61,654 nucleotides of DNA from an uncultured Mollicutes bacterium (GCA_946500425.1 CAMMVQ010000004.1:1-61654); one strand, 5' to 3'; counted from the stretch's first letter, positions 1 through 9,226 are shown. A program made the numbers and translations. Notes: generated by a model not told the origin, from the letters alone.

Positions 1-83
1 AAACAAAAAAGTAAACACATCTTTTTTTGTGTCTACTTTTATCTTACAACTCCATGAAATAACTTTCTTTTTTTAATATTTTG

Positions 84-123
84 TTGACAATTAACACGTA
101 ACTGTATATACTGTATATATACA
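84..123 (+). promoter_or_regulatory. sigma-A-type promoter with overlapping operator-like repeats for the GntR/ABC operon
   Basis: TTGACA (84-89), 17-nt spacer, TATACT (107-112). CTGTATATA is tandemly duplicated (102-110, 111-119). TGTATATATACA (112-123) is a perfect 12-nt palindrome. Confidence 0.6.
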
Positions 124-136
124 AGGCGGTGATAGT

Positions 137-520
137 TTGCAGATTATTATAAGTAATTCTTCTGATGTGCCTATTTATGAACAAATAAAAGAGGCAATTA
201 AAGGAGAAATATTAAGTGGTGAGTTAGTTGGTGGGGATGCATTACCATCAATTAGAACGCTTGCTAAGGACTTAAGGATTAGTAACATTACAACCAAAAG
301 AGCTTATGAAGAATTGGAAAAAGATGGCTTTATCGTTGCGGTTGCAAGTAAGGGATACTTTGTTAAAGAAAAAAGTGAAAACTACCTTAAAGAAGAGATT
401 TTAACTAAAATAGAAAGTAATCTGGAAAGTGCCGTTAGTATTGCTAATACTTATAACATAAGTAAAAAAGAAGTTGAAAACATGCTTGATACAATATATG
501 AGGAGGAAGAACATGAATAG
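137..520 (+). CDS. GntR-family (YtrA-like) transcriptional regulator
   Basis: 127-aa ORF with a TTG start 4 nt after a GGCGGTGA SD. Winged-helix signature LPSIRTLAKDLRISNITTKRAYEELEKDGFI. The short C-terminus is typical of the YtrA subfamily. The stop overlaps the next gene. Confidence 0.85.
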   Translation: MQIIISNSSDVPIYEQIKEAIKGEILSGELVGGDALPSIRTLAKDLRISNITTKRAYEELEKDGFIVAVASKGYFVKEKSENYLKEEILTKIESNLESAVSIANTYNISKKEVENMLDTIYEEEEHE

Positions 521-1337
521 CGCGTTAGAAGTTAAAAACTTATCAAAACATTATGAAAATTTTGATTTAAAAGACGTTTGTTTAAACGTTCCAAAAGGAA
601 GCATAGTAGGGCTTGTTGGGCAAAATGGAGCGGGTAAAACGACGCTTATTAAGCTTATTTTTGAAGTAATAAAAAAAGATTCTGGTACCGTAAAAATATT
701 AGATAAAAATGATGTTGGGGTTGTTTTAGATGATTCGTTTTTTCCGGAAATTCTAAAAGTTGGCGACATAGATAACATCATGAAAGGCATTTATAAAAAT
801 TGGGATGAAAAATTATTTAGTAATTATTTAAAAGACTTTAATCTAAATAAAAATCAAAAAATAAAAGAATTATCTAAAGGAATGAAAAAGAAACTAGAAA
901 TAATTACAGCTTTATCGCATCACCCTAAATTATTGGTTTTAGACGAACCAACAAGTGGTCTTGATCCAATCGTTAGAAAAGAAGTTCTAGACATGTTTTT
1001 ATCATTCGTTGAAGATGAACAAAATAGTATTTTGCTTTCTTCACACATTACTTCTGATATCGAAAATATAGCTGATTACGTTATCTTTATTAACGAGGGA
1101 AAGATTATTTTTGAAAAATCAGTAATTGACTTGAAAGAAAGTTTCGCAGTTGCAAAATGTACGGAAAAAGACTTTGAAAAAATTGATAAAAAATACGTGG
1201 TGAAGTATAAAAAGAATAAGTATGACTATGAAGTTTTAATTACAAACGTTAAAGATGTAAAAAGAAAATACAAAAACCTAGTAATTGATAAAGCTTTGGT
1301 AGAAGATATTATGCTTTTATACGTGAAAGGAGAATAA
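513..1337 (+). CDS. ABC transporter ATP-binding protein
   Basis: ATG at 513 is preceded by GAGGAGGAA. Walker A GQNGAGKTT, signature LSKGMKKK, Walker B LLVLDEPTSGLD. The ORF-track start at 474 lies inside the upstream gene. Confidence 0.9.
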   Translation: MNSALEVKNLSKHYENFDLKDVCLNVPKGSIVGLVGQNGAGKTTLIKLIFEVIKKDSGTVKILDKNDVGVVLDDSFFPEILKVGDIDNIMKGIYKNWDEKLFSNYLKDFNLNKNQKIKELSKGMKKKLEIITALSHHPKLLVLDEPTSGLDPIVRKEVLDMFLSFVEDEQNSILLSSHITSDIENIADYVIFINEGKIIFEKSVIDLKESFAVAKCTEKDFEKIDKKYVVKYKKNKYDYEVLITNVKDVKRKYKNLVIDKALVEDIMLLYVKGE

Positions 1338-1339
1338 AA

Positions 1340-1993
1340 ATGAGAGGATTAATAGTTAAAGATTTATTGTCACTTTTAAGACAAATGAAAAGTATTATCA
1401 TAATTATTTTAGGACTTATCGTTATCTCATTTATAAACAAAGATTACTCTTTAATTGCTTTTGTTGTTCCTTTTTTCCTTGTAATGACAATAGTTACTAC
1501 GTTTAGTTATGATGAGTTTAATAAGTTTGATAGTTATTGCAATACTTTGCCTGTTTCAAGAAAAAACATCGTAATGTCAAAATATGCATTAGTTCTTATC
1601 GGAAACGTACTATCTGTTTTAGTTGGTCTTTTAGTTTCGTTTATAGTTTATTTAATTGATCCTAGTATAAAACTAGAAGAATTTATTGCCATGATAGTAG
1701 GTGGAGTTTTTGGAATTAACTTAGTAATTTCATTTTTAATTCCGTTCTTCTATAAATATGGAGTTCAAAAAGGAAGGATAATGTTTTTTGCGCTGATTAT
1801 TTTGGTTGTTACCATATTTACCATTATAATTAAAAAGGTAAATGGTATAAACGCATTTTTAAATAACGTGTTAAATGATTTGAATTCAGTTAGCGTTGTT
1901 TCGTTTATCATGATAATTATTTTGTTTATGTTATTTTTGCTATATATTTCTTATAGAGTATCATATTACGTTTATAAAAATAAAGAGTTTTAA
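1340..1993 (+). CDS. ABC-2-type permease-like integral membrane protein
   Basis: 217 aa with about 6 hydrophobic spans. AAAGGAG SD. Starts 3 nt after the ATPase stop (operon partner). Confidence 0.75.
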   Translation: MRGLIVKDLLSLLRQMKSIIIIILGLIVISFINKDYSLIAFVVPFFLVMTIVTTFSYDEFNKFDSYCNTLPVSRKNIVMSKYALVLIGNVLSVLVGLLVSFIVYLIDPSIKLEEFIAMIVGGVFGINLVISFLIPFFYKYGVQKGRIMFFALIILVVTIFTIIIKKVNGINAFLNNVLNDLNSVSVVSFIMIIILFMLFLLYISYRVSYYVYKNKEF

Positions 1994-2020
1994 GCCTTAA
2001 ACTATGTTTTAAGGCTTTAT
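1993..2020 (+). terminator. intrinsic terminator
   Basis: AGCCTTAAA (1993-2001) pairs with TTTAAGGCT (2008-2016), followed by TTAT. Confidence 0.6.
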
Positions 2021-2103
2021 AAATTATTCTTTTGTTATAAACTAGCGTTATTTATATTTATTTGATATACTAAATAATGTGATAATTAGAGGTGATTAGT
2101 ATC

Positions 2104-3324
2104 ATGAAAAGAGCAATCGTGTTATCTGGTGGTGGCTCAAGGGGAGCATATCAAATAGGTTTTTGGAAAGCGATAAGAGAGCTTGGTATAGATTATGACA
2201 TAGTAACTGGTACTAGTATTGGTTCTTTAAATGGTGCTTTTATGGTTCAAGGAAATTATAAAGACGCCGTTAAATTATGGAGCAACATGAATTACGATAA
2301 AGTGTTAGAAGATGGTATCGACGGTACTTTTTCGACCCCAAGTGGAAGGAAGAAAATTATTTCTAAGTATGCAAAGGGGGCTTTAAAAGGTGGCCTTAGC
2401 GTTCCTGCTTTAGAAAAGACCATAAAAGATAATTTTAAACCTGAGTTATTTTTTTCATCACCGGTTGATTACGGACTTATGACCGCAAGGTTTCCTTCTT
2501 TAAAGCCAGTTGCCATCACGAAAGACAAATTAACGAAGGAAAATTTTCCTGATTATTTATTAGCGTCCGCGGCTTGTTTTCCCGCTTTTAAGCTTAAAAA
2601 CATCGATGATAAAAATTACATTGACGGTGGATATTACGATAACTTGCCAATTAATTTGGCCACTCAGCTTGGGGCGACCGAGGTTATCGCGGTTTACTTA
2701 AAGGCCGTTGGAAGAGTTAAAAAGAAAATTAACCCTAACGTTCCTGTAACTTTAATTGCACCTAGAAACGACATTGGTAATTTTCTGGTTTTGGAAAGTA
2801 AACAAGCTAAAAGAGCAATGAAGTTCGGGTATAATGACACGATGAAAACTTTTAAGATGTTAGAAGGAGATAAATATACTTTTAAACGAGGGTCTTTAAA
2901 AAGAAATTTTATTAGGCAAAGTGAGCGTTTTATTAATCTCTTGCAAGATTATTTTAAAGTTTACGAAACGAAAGAAAAATATAAGTGCTTTTTCAAAGCA
3001 AATAAAGTAGAAGCTTTATCAAGGGTGTTAGAAAAAACGGCACACGCGTTTAACGTTGATGAAGTTAGCGTTTACAGGACTTCAGTTTTAAACGTGTTAA
3101 TTAAAAAAGCTTATCGAAAAACAAGCTTAAGCTCAGCTAACATGATAAAATCATTAATAAAAAATAATAAGATTAAAGATGTTTTGGTAAGTAAGGAATT
3201 AATATGTTACTTGTATGAAGAAATAAATAAAAAGCAAAAACCATGTAAATCACTTGAGCGTTTAGCTATTCTTTTTCCGGATGGATTTTTATGTGCGCTT
3301 TATTTAAAAACTATTATGAGGTAA
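2104..3324 (+). CDS. patatin-like phospholipase
   Basis: GGGSRG oxyanion motif, GTSIG (GxSxG) nucleophile elbow and a DGG Asp motif (YIDGGYYDN). ATG at 2104 follows an AGAGGTGA SD. Confidence 0.85.
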   Translation: MKRAIVLSGGGSRGAYQIGFWKAIRELGIDYDIVTGTSIGSLNGAFMVQGNYKDAVKLWSNMNYDKVLEDGIDGTFSTPSGRKKIISKYAKGALKGGLSVPALEKTIKDNFKPELFFSSPVDYGLMTARFPSLKPVAITKDKLTKENFPDYLLASAACFPAFKLKNIDDKNYIDGGYYDNLPINLATQLGATEVIAVYLKAVGRVKKKINPNVPVTLIAPRNDIGNFLVLESKQAKRAMKFGYNDTMKTFKMLEGDKYTFKRGSLKRNFIRQSERFINLLQDYFKVYETKEKYKCFFKANKVEALSRVLEKTAHAFNVDEVSVYRTSVLNVLIKKAYRKTSLSSANMIKSLIKNNKIKDVLVSKELICYLYEEINKKQKPCKSLERLAILFPDGFLCALYLKTIMR

Positions 3325-3326
3325 AA

Positions 3327-3953
3327 ATGATGACAATAAAAAAGCCAAAATTACAACGTGAGTTAAAAAAAGGAAGAATAAATAATGATGTTTTTGAAGA
3401 AGGCATTTCCGACTTGAGTTTTGAAAATGAAAAAATCACTAAAAAAGTGAATGCCGATGAGATAAATGGATGCACTTTTAAAAACGTTGATTTTAGTGAT
3501 TTTCCGCTTAATAATGTTTTCTTGATTGATTCGGTTTTTGAGTCGTGTGATTTGTCTGGTACCCAATTAAATGAGCGGATGATGTTAAGATGCGAGTTTA
3601 TAAATTGTTCGTTTGTTGGCACGAACATAATTTCTTCGTCAGTAAAAGAAGTTAGCTTTAAAGATTGCAACATGAACTATTTAAACTTATCGTCAAAGAT
3701 GAAAAACGTAACTTTTGAAGGATGTAACCTTCAGAATTCTAGGCTTATAGAAACCGAACTTAGTGGTGTTGTTTTTGATGATTGCGACTTTAAAAATTTA
3801 GAAATTTTTAAGACCAGTCTAAAGGGAATTGACTTATCAACTTGTAAGTTGAATAATATCTCATCAGATACATCAAGCTTTTTAGGCACAACAGTTTCCA
3901 TGGAAGGAGCCTTTGAAATATGTAGAATATTAGGAATAAAAGTAAAGTTTTAG
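3327..3953 (+). CDS. pentapeptide-repeat protein
   Basis: Repetitive A(D/N)LxX-like units (CDLSGTQLNE, CNLQNSRLIE, CDFKNLEIFK and others). ATG at 3327 lies 3 nt after the patatin stop. Confidence 0.7.
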   Translation: MMTIKKPKLQRELKKGRINNDVFEEGISDLSFENEKITKKVNADEINGCTFKNVDFSDFPLNNVFLIDSVFESCDLSGTQLNERMMLRCEFINCSFVGTNIISSSVKEVSFKDCNMNYLNLSSKMKNVTFEGCNLQNSRLIETELSGVVFDDCDFKNLEIFKTSLKGIDLSTCKLNNISSDTSSFLGTTVSMEGAFEICRILGIKVKF

Positions 3954-3967
3954 AAAGGAGAAACAAG

Positions 3968-4561
3968 ATGAACGAAACGATTAGTAAAACAGAGGTTTTT
4001 AAGGTTGAAATAGATTATATAAAAAACGAAAGGTATAAGGAAAACATAAAAACGTTGGTTAACATTTTGCCGGATTATTTTTTTGAAGTTCCGGCTTCAT
4101 CAACTGGTAAATATCATCCTTCTTTCGCGTTAGGACAAGGAGGACTTGTTAGGCACACCAAAGTTGCCGTTAGAATTGCAAAAGAGCTATTTAATGATGA
4201 AAGTGTATCAGGAGCTTACACGAATAACGAAAAGGACTTGATGATGATGGCTTTAATTATGCATGACGGATTAAAGTCTGGCCTTAAAAAAAGCCAGTAC
4301 ACCAACTTTGACCATCCGATTCTAGTTAGTAATTACATCAAAGAAAACAAAGATAAACTTACTTTAAAAGAAAACGAAATAATCTTTTTATGTAGTGTGA
4401 TAGAAAGCCACATGGGACCCTGGAACACCAATAGTTATTCAAACGTTGTTTTACCAAAGCCAGAGTCTAGGTTCCAAAGATTTGTTCACATGTGTGATTA
4501 CCTAGCGAGTCGCAAGTTTTTGGATGTTAAATTTGATAAAGATAATAACATAATAGATTAA
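3968..4561 (+). CDS. HD-domain phosphohydrolase-like protein
   Basis: His (LVRHTK) and HD (IMHDGLKS) motifs, later H (ESHMG) and D (HMCDYL). GAAAGGAG SD. Confidence 0.7.
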   Translation: MNETISKTEVFKVEIDYIKNERYKENIKTLVNILPDYFFEVPASSTGKYHPSFALGQGGLVRHTKVAVRIAKELFNDESVSGAYTNNEKDLMMMALIMHDGLKSGLKKSQYTNFDHPILVSNYIKENKDKLTLKENEIIFLCSVIESHMGPWNTNSYSNVVLPKPESRFQRFVHMCDYLASRKFLDVKFDKDNNIID

Positions 4562-4585
4562 TACGTAAAATTACGTATTTTTTTA
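4561..4585 (+). terminator. intrinsic terminator
   Basis: ATACGTA-aaat-TACGTAT followed by TTTTTT. Confidence 0.65.
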
Positions 4586-4595
4586 TAATAAGTAG

Positions 4596-4640
4596 TTGAC
4601 AATATGAACATATATTCATATAATATGAATGTATGAACGA
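4596..4640 (+). promoter_or_regulatory. promoter plus ArsR/SmtB-type operator
   Basis: TTGACA (4596-4601), 17 nt, TATAAT (4619-4624). A 20-nt near-palindrome ATATGAACATATATTCATAT (4602-4621, 9/10 pairs) spans the spacer and the -10. Extra TATGAA(T/C) copies at 4624-4630 and 4632-4638. Confidence 0.65.
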
Positions 4641-4665
4641 TTATTCATATAGAAAGAAGGATAAT

Positions 4666-4959
4666 ATGACGTTGTTAGATGAGGATAAAATAATAGATTT
4701 ATCGGAATTATTTAAAATATTTGGAGATTCAACCAGGGTAAAGATAATAAACGTGCTTTTGGATAATGAGTTATGCGTTGGGGACATTTCGGATAGAATA
4801 GACGTAAGTCAATCCGCGGTATCTCATCAACTTAGAATACTAAAGGATTCTAAACTTGTTAAGTTTAGAAAAGAAGGAAACATGACATACTATTATTTAG
4901 CAGATGACCACGTTGAGAAAATATTTAAGATGGGATGTGAGCATATAAATGAAGCATAG
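4666..4959 (+). CDS. ArsR/SmtB-family metalloregulator
   Basis: HTH region ELCVGDISDRIDVSQSAVSHQLRILKDSKLV. ATG at 4666 follows an AGAAGGA SD. The ORF-track start at 4633 would sit at the predicted transcription start. Confidence 0.85.
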   Translation: MTLLDEDKIIDLSELFKIFGDSTRVKIINVLLDNELCVGDISDRIDVSQSAVSHQLRILKDSKLVKFRKEGNMTYYYLADDHVEKIFKMGCEHINEA

Positions 4960-6991
4960 ATATAACATTAGTAACTTAGATTGTGCTAACTGTGCTAATA
5001 AAATAGAATGTGCCCTAAATAAAGATAAAAATATTAATAAGGCCGTTGTTAATTTTTCTAAGCTGTCAGTTATGGTTGATACTAACATGGATAAAGATGT
5101 TAAATCATACGTTCAAAAAATAATTGATAAAACAGAACCAGGAGTTAAGTTGTTAGATAAAAAAGAGTCTTTTGACATTAAGAAAAAGGTTTTGAAAGAT
5201 GTTTTAAGATTAATTATAGGTATTGTTTTAGCTCTTCTTGGAACATATGTATTTAAAGGTGTAATATCAAATATACTAATAATATTAGGATACGTAGTAC
5301 TTTTATTTAGGACCGCGTCTAACGCCACTAAATTACTTTTTAAATCCAAAACAATAGATGAAAACTTACTTGTTACAATATCTTGTGTTGGGGCTTATTT
5401 TACTAATAATATAAGTGAAGGTTTAATGGTTATCGTACTTTATGAAATAGGAAAAATACTAGAAGAAATAGCCGTTAACCGCTCAAGAAGTTCAATTAGT
5501 GATTTAATGGATATAAAGCCAGAATACGCTAATTTAAAGACCAATGAAGATACCATTAAAGTATCACCAGAAAAGGTGAAAAAAGGTGATGTAATACTAA
5601 TTAAAAAGGGTGAGAAAGTGCCTTTAGATGGTATTGTAATAGAAGGTGATGCTAAACTTAATACCGCTGCTTTAACTGGAGAAAGTAATTTAAGAAAAGT
5701 AGGTGTTAACGATGAGGTATTAAGCGGAAGCGTAAACGAGGATGGACTTATTTTGCTTAAGGTAACAAGTGCTTATAATAATAGTACGGTAGCTAAAATC
5801 CTAAACTTAGTTGAAAGTGCAACCGACAGAAAAGCTAAAACAGAAACGTTTGTGTCTAAAGCAGCCAAAATATATACTCCGGTAGTCCTTATTCTTGCAA
5901 TATTAATTGCGGTACTTTTACCAGTTTTATTTAACGTCTCTTTTAATGACGCAATTTATAGAGCGTTAGTATTCCTTGTAATATCTTGTCCTTGTGCGAT
6001 TGCGATAAGCGTTCCTTTAAGTTATTTTTCAGGAATTGGAAGAGCAAGCAGGGATGGTATTTTAATAAAAGGAAGTGACTATTTAGATGCTTTAGGCCAC
6101 GTAAAGAAAATAATATTTGATAAGACGGGTACTATTACAACCGGCAATGCAAGTGATTATAAATTAGATATATTGAATAAAGACTACAAAAAAGATGACG
6201 TAATAAACTATTATTTAAAGGCAGAAAAACTATCTAACCATCCAATAGCAGTATCAATTGTTAATATCTTTAATAAAAAAGTTAAAACAGATGATGTAGA
6301 TGATTTTAAAGAAGTATCAGGTAAAGGGGTTTCTTGCACTATAAAAGATGATAAAGTAAAAATAGGTTCAAGTAAGTTTTGCAAAAGTAAAATAAATGAC
6401 AACGGAATTTATCTAAGCGTAAATGATGAAATGGTTGCAAAACTAGAACTAGTTGATGGTGTTAAAACTGGAGCTAAAGAAGCTATTTCTAGTTTAAAGA
6501 AAAGTGGGGTAACCGTTAAAATGTTTACGGGTGACAATAAGGATGTTGCGCTTTCTATCGGAAAGAAAGTAGGTATTGATAACGCATTTTATGAATTATT
6601 GCCAGAAGATAAATATAACTTACTTGAAAAAGAAATAAAAGAAAATAACGTTGGCAAAACCGCGTTTGTTGGTGATGGCATTAACGATGCTCCGTCACTT
6701 GCCCTTGCAGACGTTGGAATATCAATGGGTGGTGTTGGTCAAGCAAGCGCAATAGAAGCATCAGACGTCGTTATAATGACTGATGAAATATCCAAGATAA
6801 ATGACGGGATTAAAATATCCAAAAAAACAAATAAGATTATTAAGCAAAATTTAATCTTTGCAATAGGGATTAAAGTGTTGGTATTAATTCTTAGTGCCTT
6901 TGGGATAGCTTCTATGTGGCAAGCAGTTTTTGCAGATACTGGCGTAACCTTACTTACGATTTTAAATACGACTAGAATTCTTAAAAAATAA
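4949..6991 (+). CDS. heavy-metal (Cd/Zn/Co-type) translocating P1B-type ATPase
   Basis: N-terminal HMA CxxC (CANC), TGES, CPC in the membrane (SCPCAIAIS), DKTGT, GDGINDAP. Overlaps the ArsR stop. Confidence 0.9.
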   Translation: MKHRYNISNLDCANCANKIECALNKDKNINKAVVNFSKLSVMVDTNMDKDVKSYVQKIIDKTEPGVKLLDKKESFDIKKKVLKDVLRLIIGIVLALLGTYVFKGVISNILIILGYVVLLFRTASNATKLLFKSKTIDENLLVTISCVGAYFTNNISEGLMVIVLYEIGKILEEIAVNRSRSSISDLMDIKPEYANLKTNEDTIKVSPEKVKKGDVILIKKGEKVPLDGIVIEGDAKLNTAALTGESNLRKVGVNDEVLSGSVNEDGLILLKVTSAYNNSTVAKILNLVESATDRKAKTETFVSKAAKIYTPVVLILAILIAVLLPVLFNVSFNDAIYRALVFLVISCPCAIAISVPLSYFSGIGRASRDGILIKGSDYLDALGHVKKIIFDKTGTITTGNASDYKLDILNKDYKKDDVINYYLKAEKLSNHPIAVSIVNIFNKKVKTDDVDDFKEVSGKGVSCTIKDDKVKIGSSKFCKSKINDNGIYLSVNDEMVAKLELVDGVKTGAKEAISSLKKSGVTVKMFTGDNKDVALSIGKKVGIDNAFYELLPEDKYNLLEKEIKENNVGKTAFVGDGINDAPSLALADVGISMGGVGQASAIEASDVVIMTDEISKINDGIKISKKTNKIIKQNLIFAIGIKVLVLILSAFGIASMWQAVFADTGVTLLTILNTTRILKK

Positions 6992-7012
6992 TAAAATAAA
7001 ATACATTCTTTA

Positions 7013-7041
7013 TTGTATTATTACGTATAATATGATAGAAT
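7013..7041 (+). promoter_or_regulatory. putative tRNA promoter
   Basis: TTGTAT (7013-7018), 17 nt, TAGAAT (7036-7041), 9 nt before the tRNA 5' end. Confidence 0.45.
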
Positions 7042-7050
7042 GTATTTGTT

Positions 7051-7124
7051 GCCTCCTTAGTTAAGTGGTATAACGCAGCCATGGTAAGGCTGAATTGTAA
7101 GTTCGATTCTTACAGGAGGCACCA
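7051..7124 (+). tRNA. tRNA-Thr (anticodon GGT)
   Basis: 74-nt cloverleaf. Acceptor GCCTCCT/AGGAGGC, D arm GTTA-AGTGGTA-TAAC, anticodon stem CAGCC/GGCTG with loop ATGGTAA, T arm GTAAG-TTCGATT-CTTAC, encoded CCA. Confidence 0.93.
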
Positions 7125-7191
7125 TAGGGAAATTAGTCGAACTAATCGGCTTTAATATATGAAGGTTAATTTCGGTTAACCTTTTTTATAT
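7124..7191 (+). repeat. direct repeat copy A (includes the tRNA terminator hairpin)
   Basis: Hairpins ATTAGT-cga-ACTAAT and AAGGTTAA-tttcgg-TTAACCTT plus a T-run. An imperfect direct copy lies at 9802-9866. Confidence 0.7.
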
Positions 7192-7213
7192 GCCCGAAAG
7201 GAGCCCGATAGTT

Positions 7214-7530
7214 ATGCAAATAATAAAGGAACAACTAGATATTGATGATGTGTTAGAAAAACGAATTAAAAACATACTTAAATTTCTCAATATCAAATCT
7301 AAAATTATTAAGGGCAATATTATTCACATTCCTAAAACTAACATTGCTTATATAGAACCACATAAGTTAGAAATAAAGGGGTAGGGAGAAAACTACAAGA
7401 AAAAGGTATTGAGGACACCAGAAGACTTGGCTATCAATATTTGTATTTAATTACGAATCATAAGAATTATTATGAAAAAATGGGTTGTTTTTTAGAAGAA
7501 GCTCCTTTAAATGATGGCAAATATATATAA
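7214..7530 (+). pseudogene. GNAT-family acetyltransferase, frameshifted or truncated
   Basis: Frame A (ATG 7214, SD GAAAGGAG) ends ...IAYIEPHKLEIKG* at 7384. The GNAT motif-A-like continuation RNKGVGRKLQEKGIEDTRRLGYQYLYLITNHKNYYEKMGCF runs in another frame to the TAA at 7528-7530. The frame switch lies near 7362-7378. Confidence 0.5.
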
Positions 7531-7601
7531 ATTTATCAGTATAAGTTATAATTTGTATAACTTTTTTCTTTTGCCCATACTAATATTCGGAGGAAAAAGA
7601 T

Positions 7602-7676
7602 ATGGAAAATAATTATAATGCAGTACCTAATATGATTAGTTGTAAAGATTTGAATTATCTAAGTGATATGATATAA
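7602..7676 (+). CDS. 24-codon ORF with strong SD (possible gene remnant)
   Basis: GGAGGAAAAAGAT then ATG. Peptide MENNYNAVPNMISCKDLNYLSDMI. Not in the ORF track because it is too short. Confidence 0.25.
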   Translation: MENNYNAVPNMISCKDLNYLSDMI

Positions 7677-7700
7677 TGTATTTGAAAGGTAGGTATTGGA

Positions 7701-7994
7701 ATGAGAAAAGTGTTAATGATTATTGGTGGAATCGTAGTTGGATTTATTGTATTATTTGTTGCTATATTTATAATTACTTCTGCAACTTCTAAAAAATTAG
7801 TATGTGAATCTGATGAAGGAAAAATAATTATTATGTATAATGATAAAACAATTACAGGATATACTTCAAATGGAGTGTCATATGATTTAGAAGGCCAAAA
7901 AGCATATGCGGAACAAATTGGCGTTGAAGCATATATTGAAGAATTTAGTAAATTATTTAGTTCCAAATCAACAGGAAATTGTAAAGTAGAGTAG
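7701..7994 (+). CDS. small membrane-anchored protein (TM, then Cys-bracketed domain)
   Basis: 97 aa with an N-terminal TM. Cys shortly after the TM (KKLVCESD) and a C-terminal GNCKVE. Resembles the C-terminal ends of the proteins at 23956 and 26460. Confidence 0.65.
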   Translation: MRKVLMIIGGIVVGFIVLFVAIFIITSATSKKLVCESDEGKIIIMYNDKTITGYTSNGVSYDLEGQKAYAEQIGVEAYIEEFSKLFSSKSTGNCKVE

Positions 7995-8041
7995 CGAAAT
8001 TAAGGATGAAATAATAGTTATTAAAGGAATGTGAGAAAAAT

Positions 8042-8518
8042 ATGAAGAAAATATTATTAAGTTTATTGGTTGTGGTTAGTATGTTTTGTTTGACTGCTTG
8101 TGATTCAAGTAGTGAGTCCGTTGATAATTTACTAACAGCACTTCAAGAAGAAAAAATAGTTGATACAGATTTAACATTAGTTGATAAAGTATCTAAAATT
8201 GGAACAACATTATTTTATTCACAAACTACTTATTATATTTATGAGAATAACAATAATGAATTAATTGCTATAAACTATGATACAGATATTTCATCAAAAA
8301 ATGAATATGATTATTCAGTAGCAATATATTATGATGTATCTATTAATAATGTTGAATATCTTGATGATGATACCACACTAGAAAGTTATTACTCTTATCA
8401 AGATGGAAAAAAATCAGAATATAATAAATATAATTTAGAAGATAAAATAGAATATTTAGTTTATGAATCAAAACCATTATTTTCAAAAACTAAATATAAA
8501 ATTAGAAAAGCAAATTAG
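8042..8518 (+). CDS. lipoprotein, unknown function
   Basis: Signal peptide with the lipobox LTAC (MFCLTAC|DSSS). 158 aa. Confidence 0.7.
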   Translation: MKKILLSLLVVVSMFCLTACDSSSESVDNLLTALQEEKIVDTDLTLVDKVSKIGTTLFYSQTTYYIYENNNNELIAINYDTDISSKNEYDYSVAIYYDVSINNVEYLDDDTTLESYYSYQDGKKSEYNKYNLEDKIEYLVYESKPLFSKTKYKIRKAN

Positions 8519-8539
8519 ATAAAATTTAAGGAGTTAAAA

Positions 8540-9088
8540 ATGAGTGAAATATTAATAATTAAAATTGTATTTGGAATATTGTTATCAATTGGAACACTTG
8601 TATTATTTGTTTTGGCGTTTAAACTATTCTATAAATATTTAATACAAGAAAAAAGATGTACTTCAAAAGTTAAAGGCACAATAAAAAAATATACATTAGC
8701 AAGTCGTGGTGGTGAAAATAGTGGAGTTCATTTAACTATTGTATTTTATAATGTAAATGGTAAAGAATATAAAGTTATTGGTCCAGAATATAAAGCATAT
8801 AAGATAATAACTAAAAGTAGTCCTCTAAATTCAAATAATACGGAATATAAAGAAGAAAATCAAGTTTTAAAAATTAATAGGACTACTAATTCTTTTGTGG
8901 GAATTTATCAAAATCCAATAGAAAAGTTATATCCAATTAATTCAGAAATTGATGTTTATTATGATCCTAATAAGCCCAAATTATCCTTTGTATTAAGATA
9001 TTGCAATAAAAAATGGGTTTTTTATTTAACATTTTGTTCTGCACTGTTCGTTTTGATAATTGATTTATTGGTTTTATTAGTTTTATAA
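8540..9088 (+). CDS. membrane protein with N- and C-terminal TM segments (DUF3592-like, tentative)
   Basis: AAGGAG SD. 182 aa. TM helices at both ends flank a beta-rich middle. Confidence 0.6.
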   Translation: MSEILIIKIVFGILLSIGTLVLFVLAFKLFYKYLIQEKRCTSKVKGTIKKYTLASRGGENSGVHLTIVFYNVNGKEYKVIGPEYKAYKIITKSSPLNSNNTEYKEENQVLKINRTTNSFVGIYQNPIEKLYPINSEIDVYYDPNKPKLSFVLRYCNKKWVFYLTFCSALFVLIIDLLVLLVL

Positions 9089-9197
9089 ACTTAAAAGTTT
9101 ATTTGCAAAAAATATAAAAAACTATAAATTTTATGCTTTTAAATTTAATATAATTAATGTATTTATTTTATATTTTAACATATAATAATTAAAAAAA

Positions 9198-9226
9198 TTG
9201 ACGTACGCTTAAGAGTACGTCATAAT
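9198..9226 (+). promoter_or_regulatory. promoter with embedded 24-nt palindromic operator
   Basis: TTGACG (9198-9203), 17 nt, CATAAT (9221-9226). TGACGTACGCTTAAGAGTACGTCA (9199-9222) is palindromic except for one central pair. Confidence 0.6.

Noticed and set aside
551-790. 79-aa minus-strand ORF inside the ABC ATPase gene
   Set aside because: It is antisense to a gene with clear Walker motifs, has no SD, and its composition is typical of a shadow ORF.
3314-3673. Minus-strand ORFs (119 aa and 67 aa) inside the pentapeptide-repeat gene
   Set aside because: Antisense shadow ORFs. The + frame carries the recognisable repeat pattern.
7000-7047. 10-bp perfect inverted repeat AATACATTCT / AGAATGTATT after the ATPase gene
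   Set aside because: I considered it as the ATPase terminator. The loop is 28 nt, there is no T-run, and it overlaps the putative tRNA promoter, so its role is unclear and I did not call it.
7655-7966. 103-aa minus-strand ORF opposite 7701..7994
   Set aside because: The + frame has an SD-like sequence, a TM helix and the family C-terminal motif. The minus frame has none of these.
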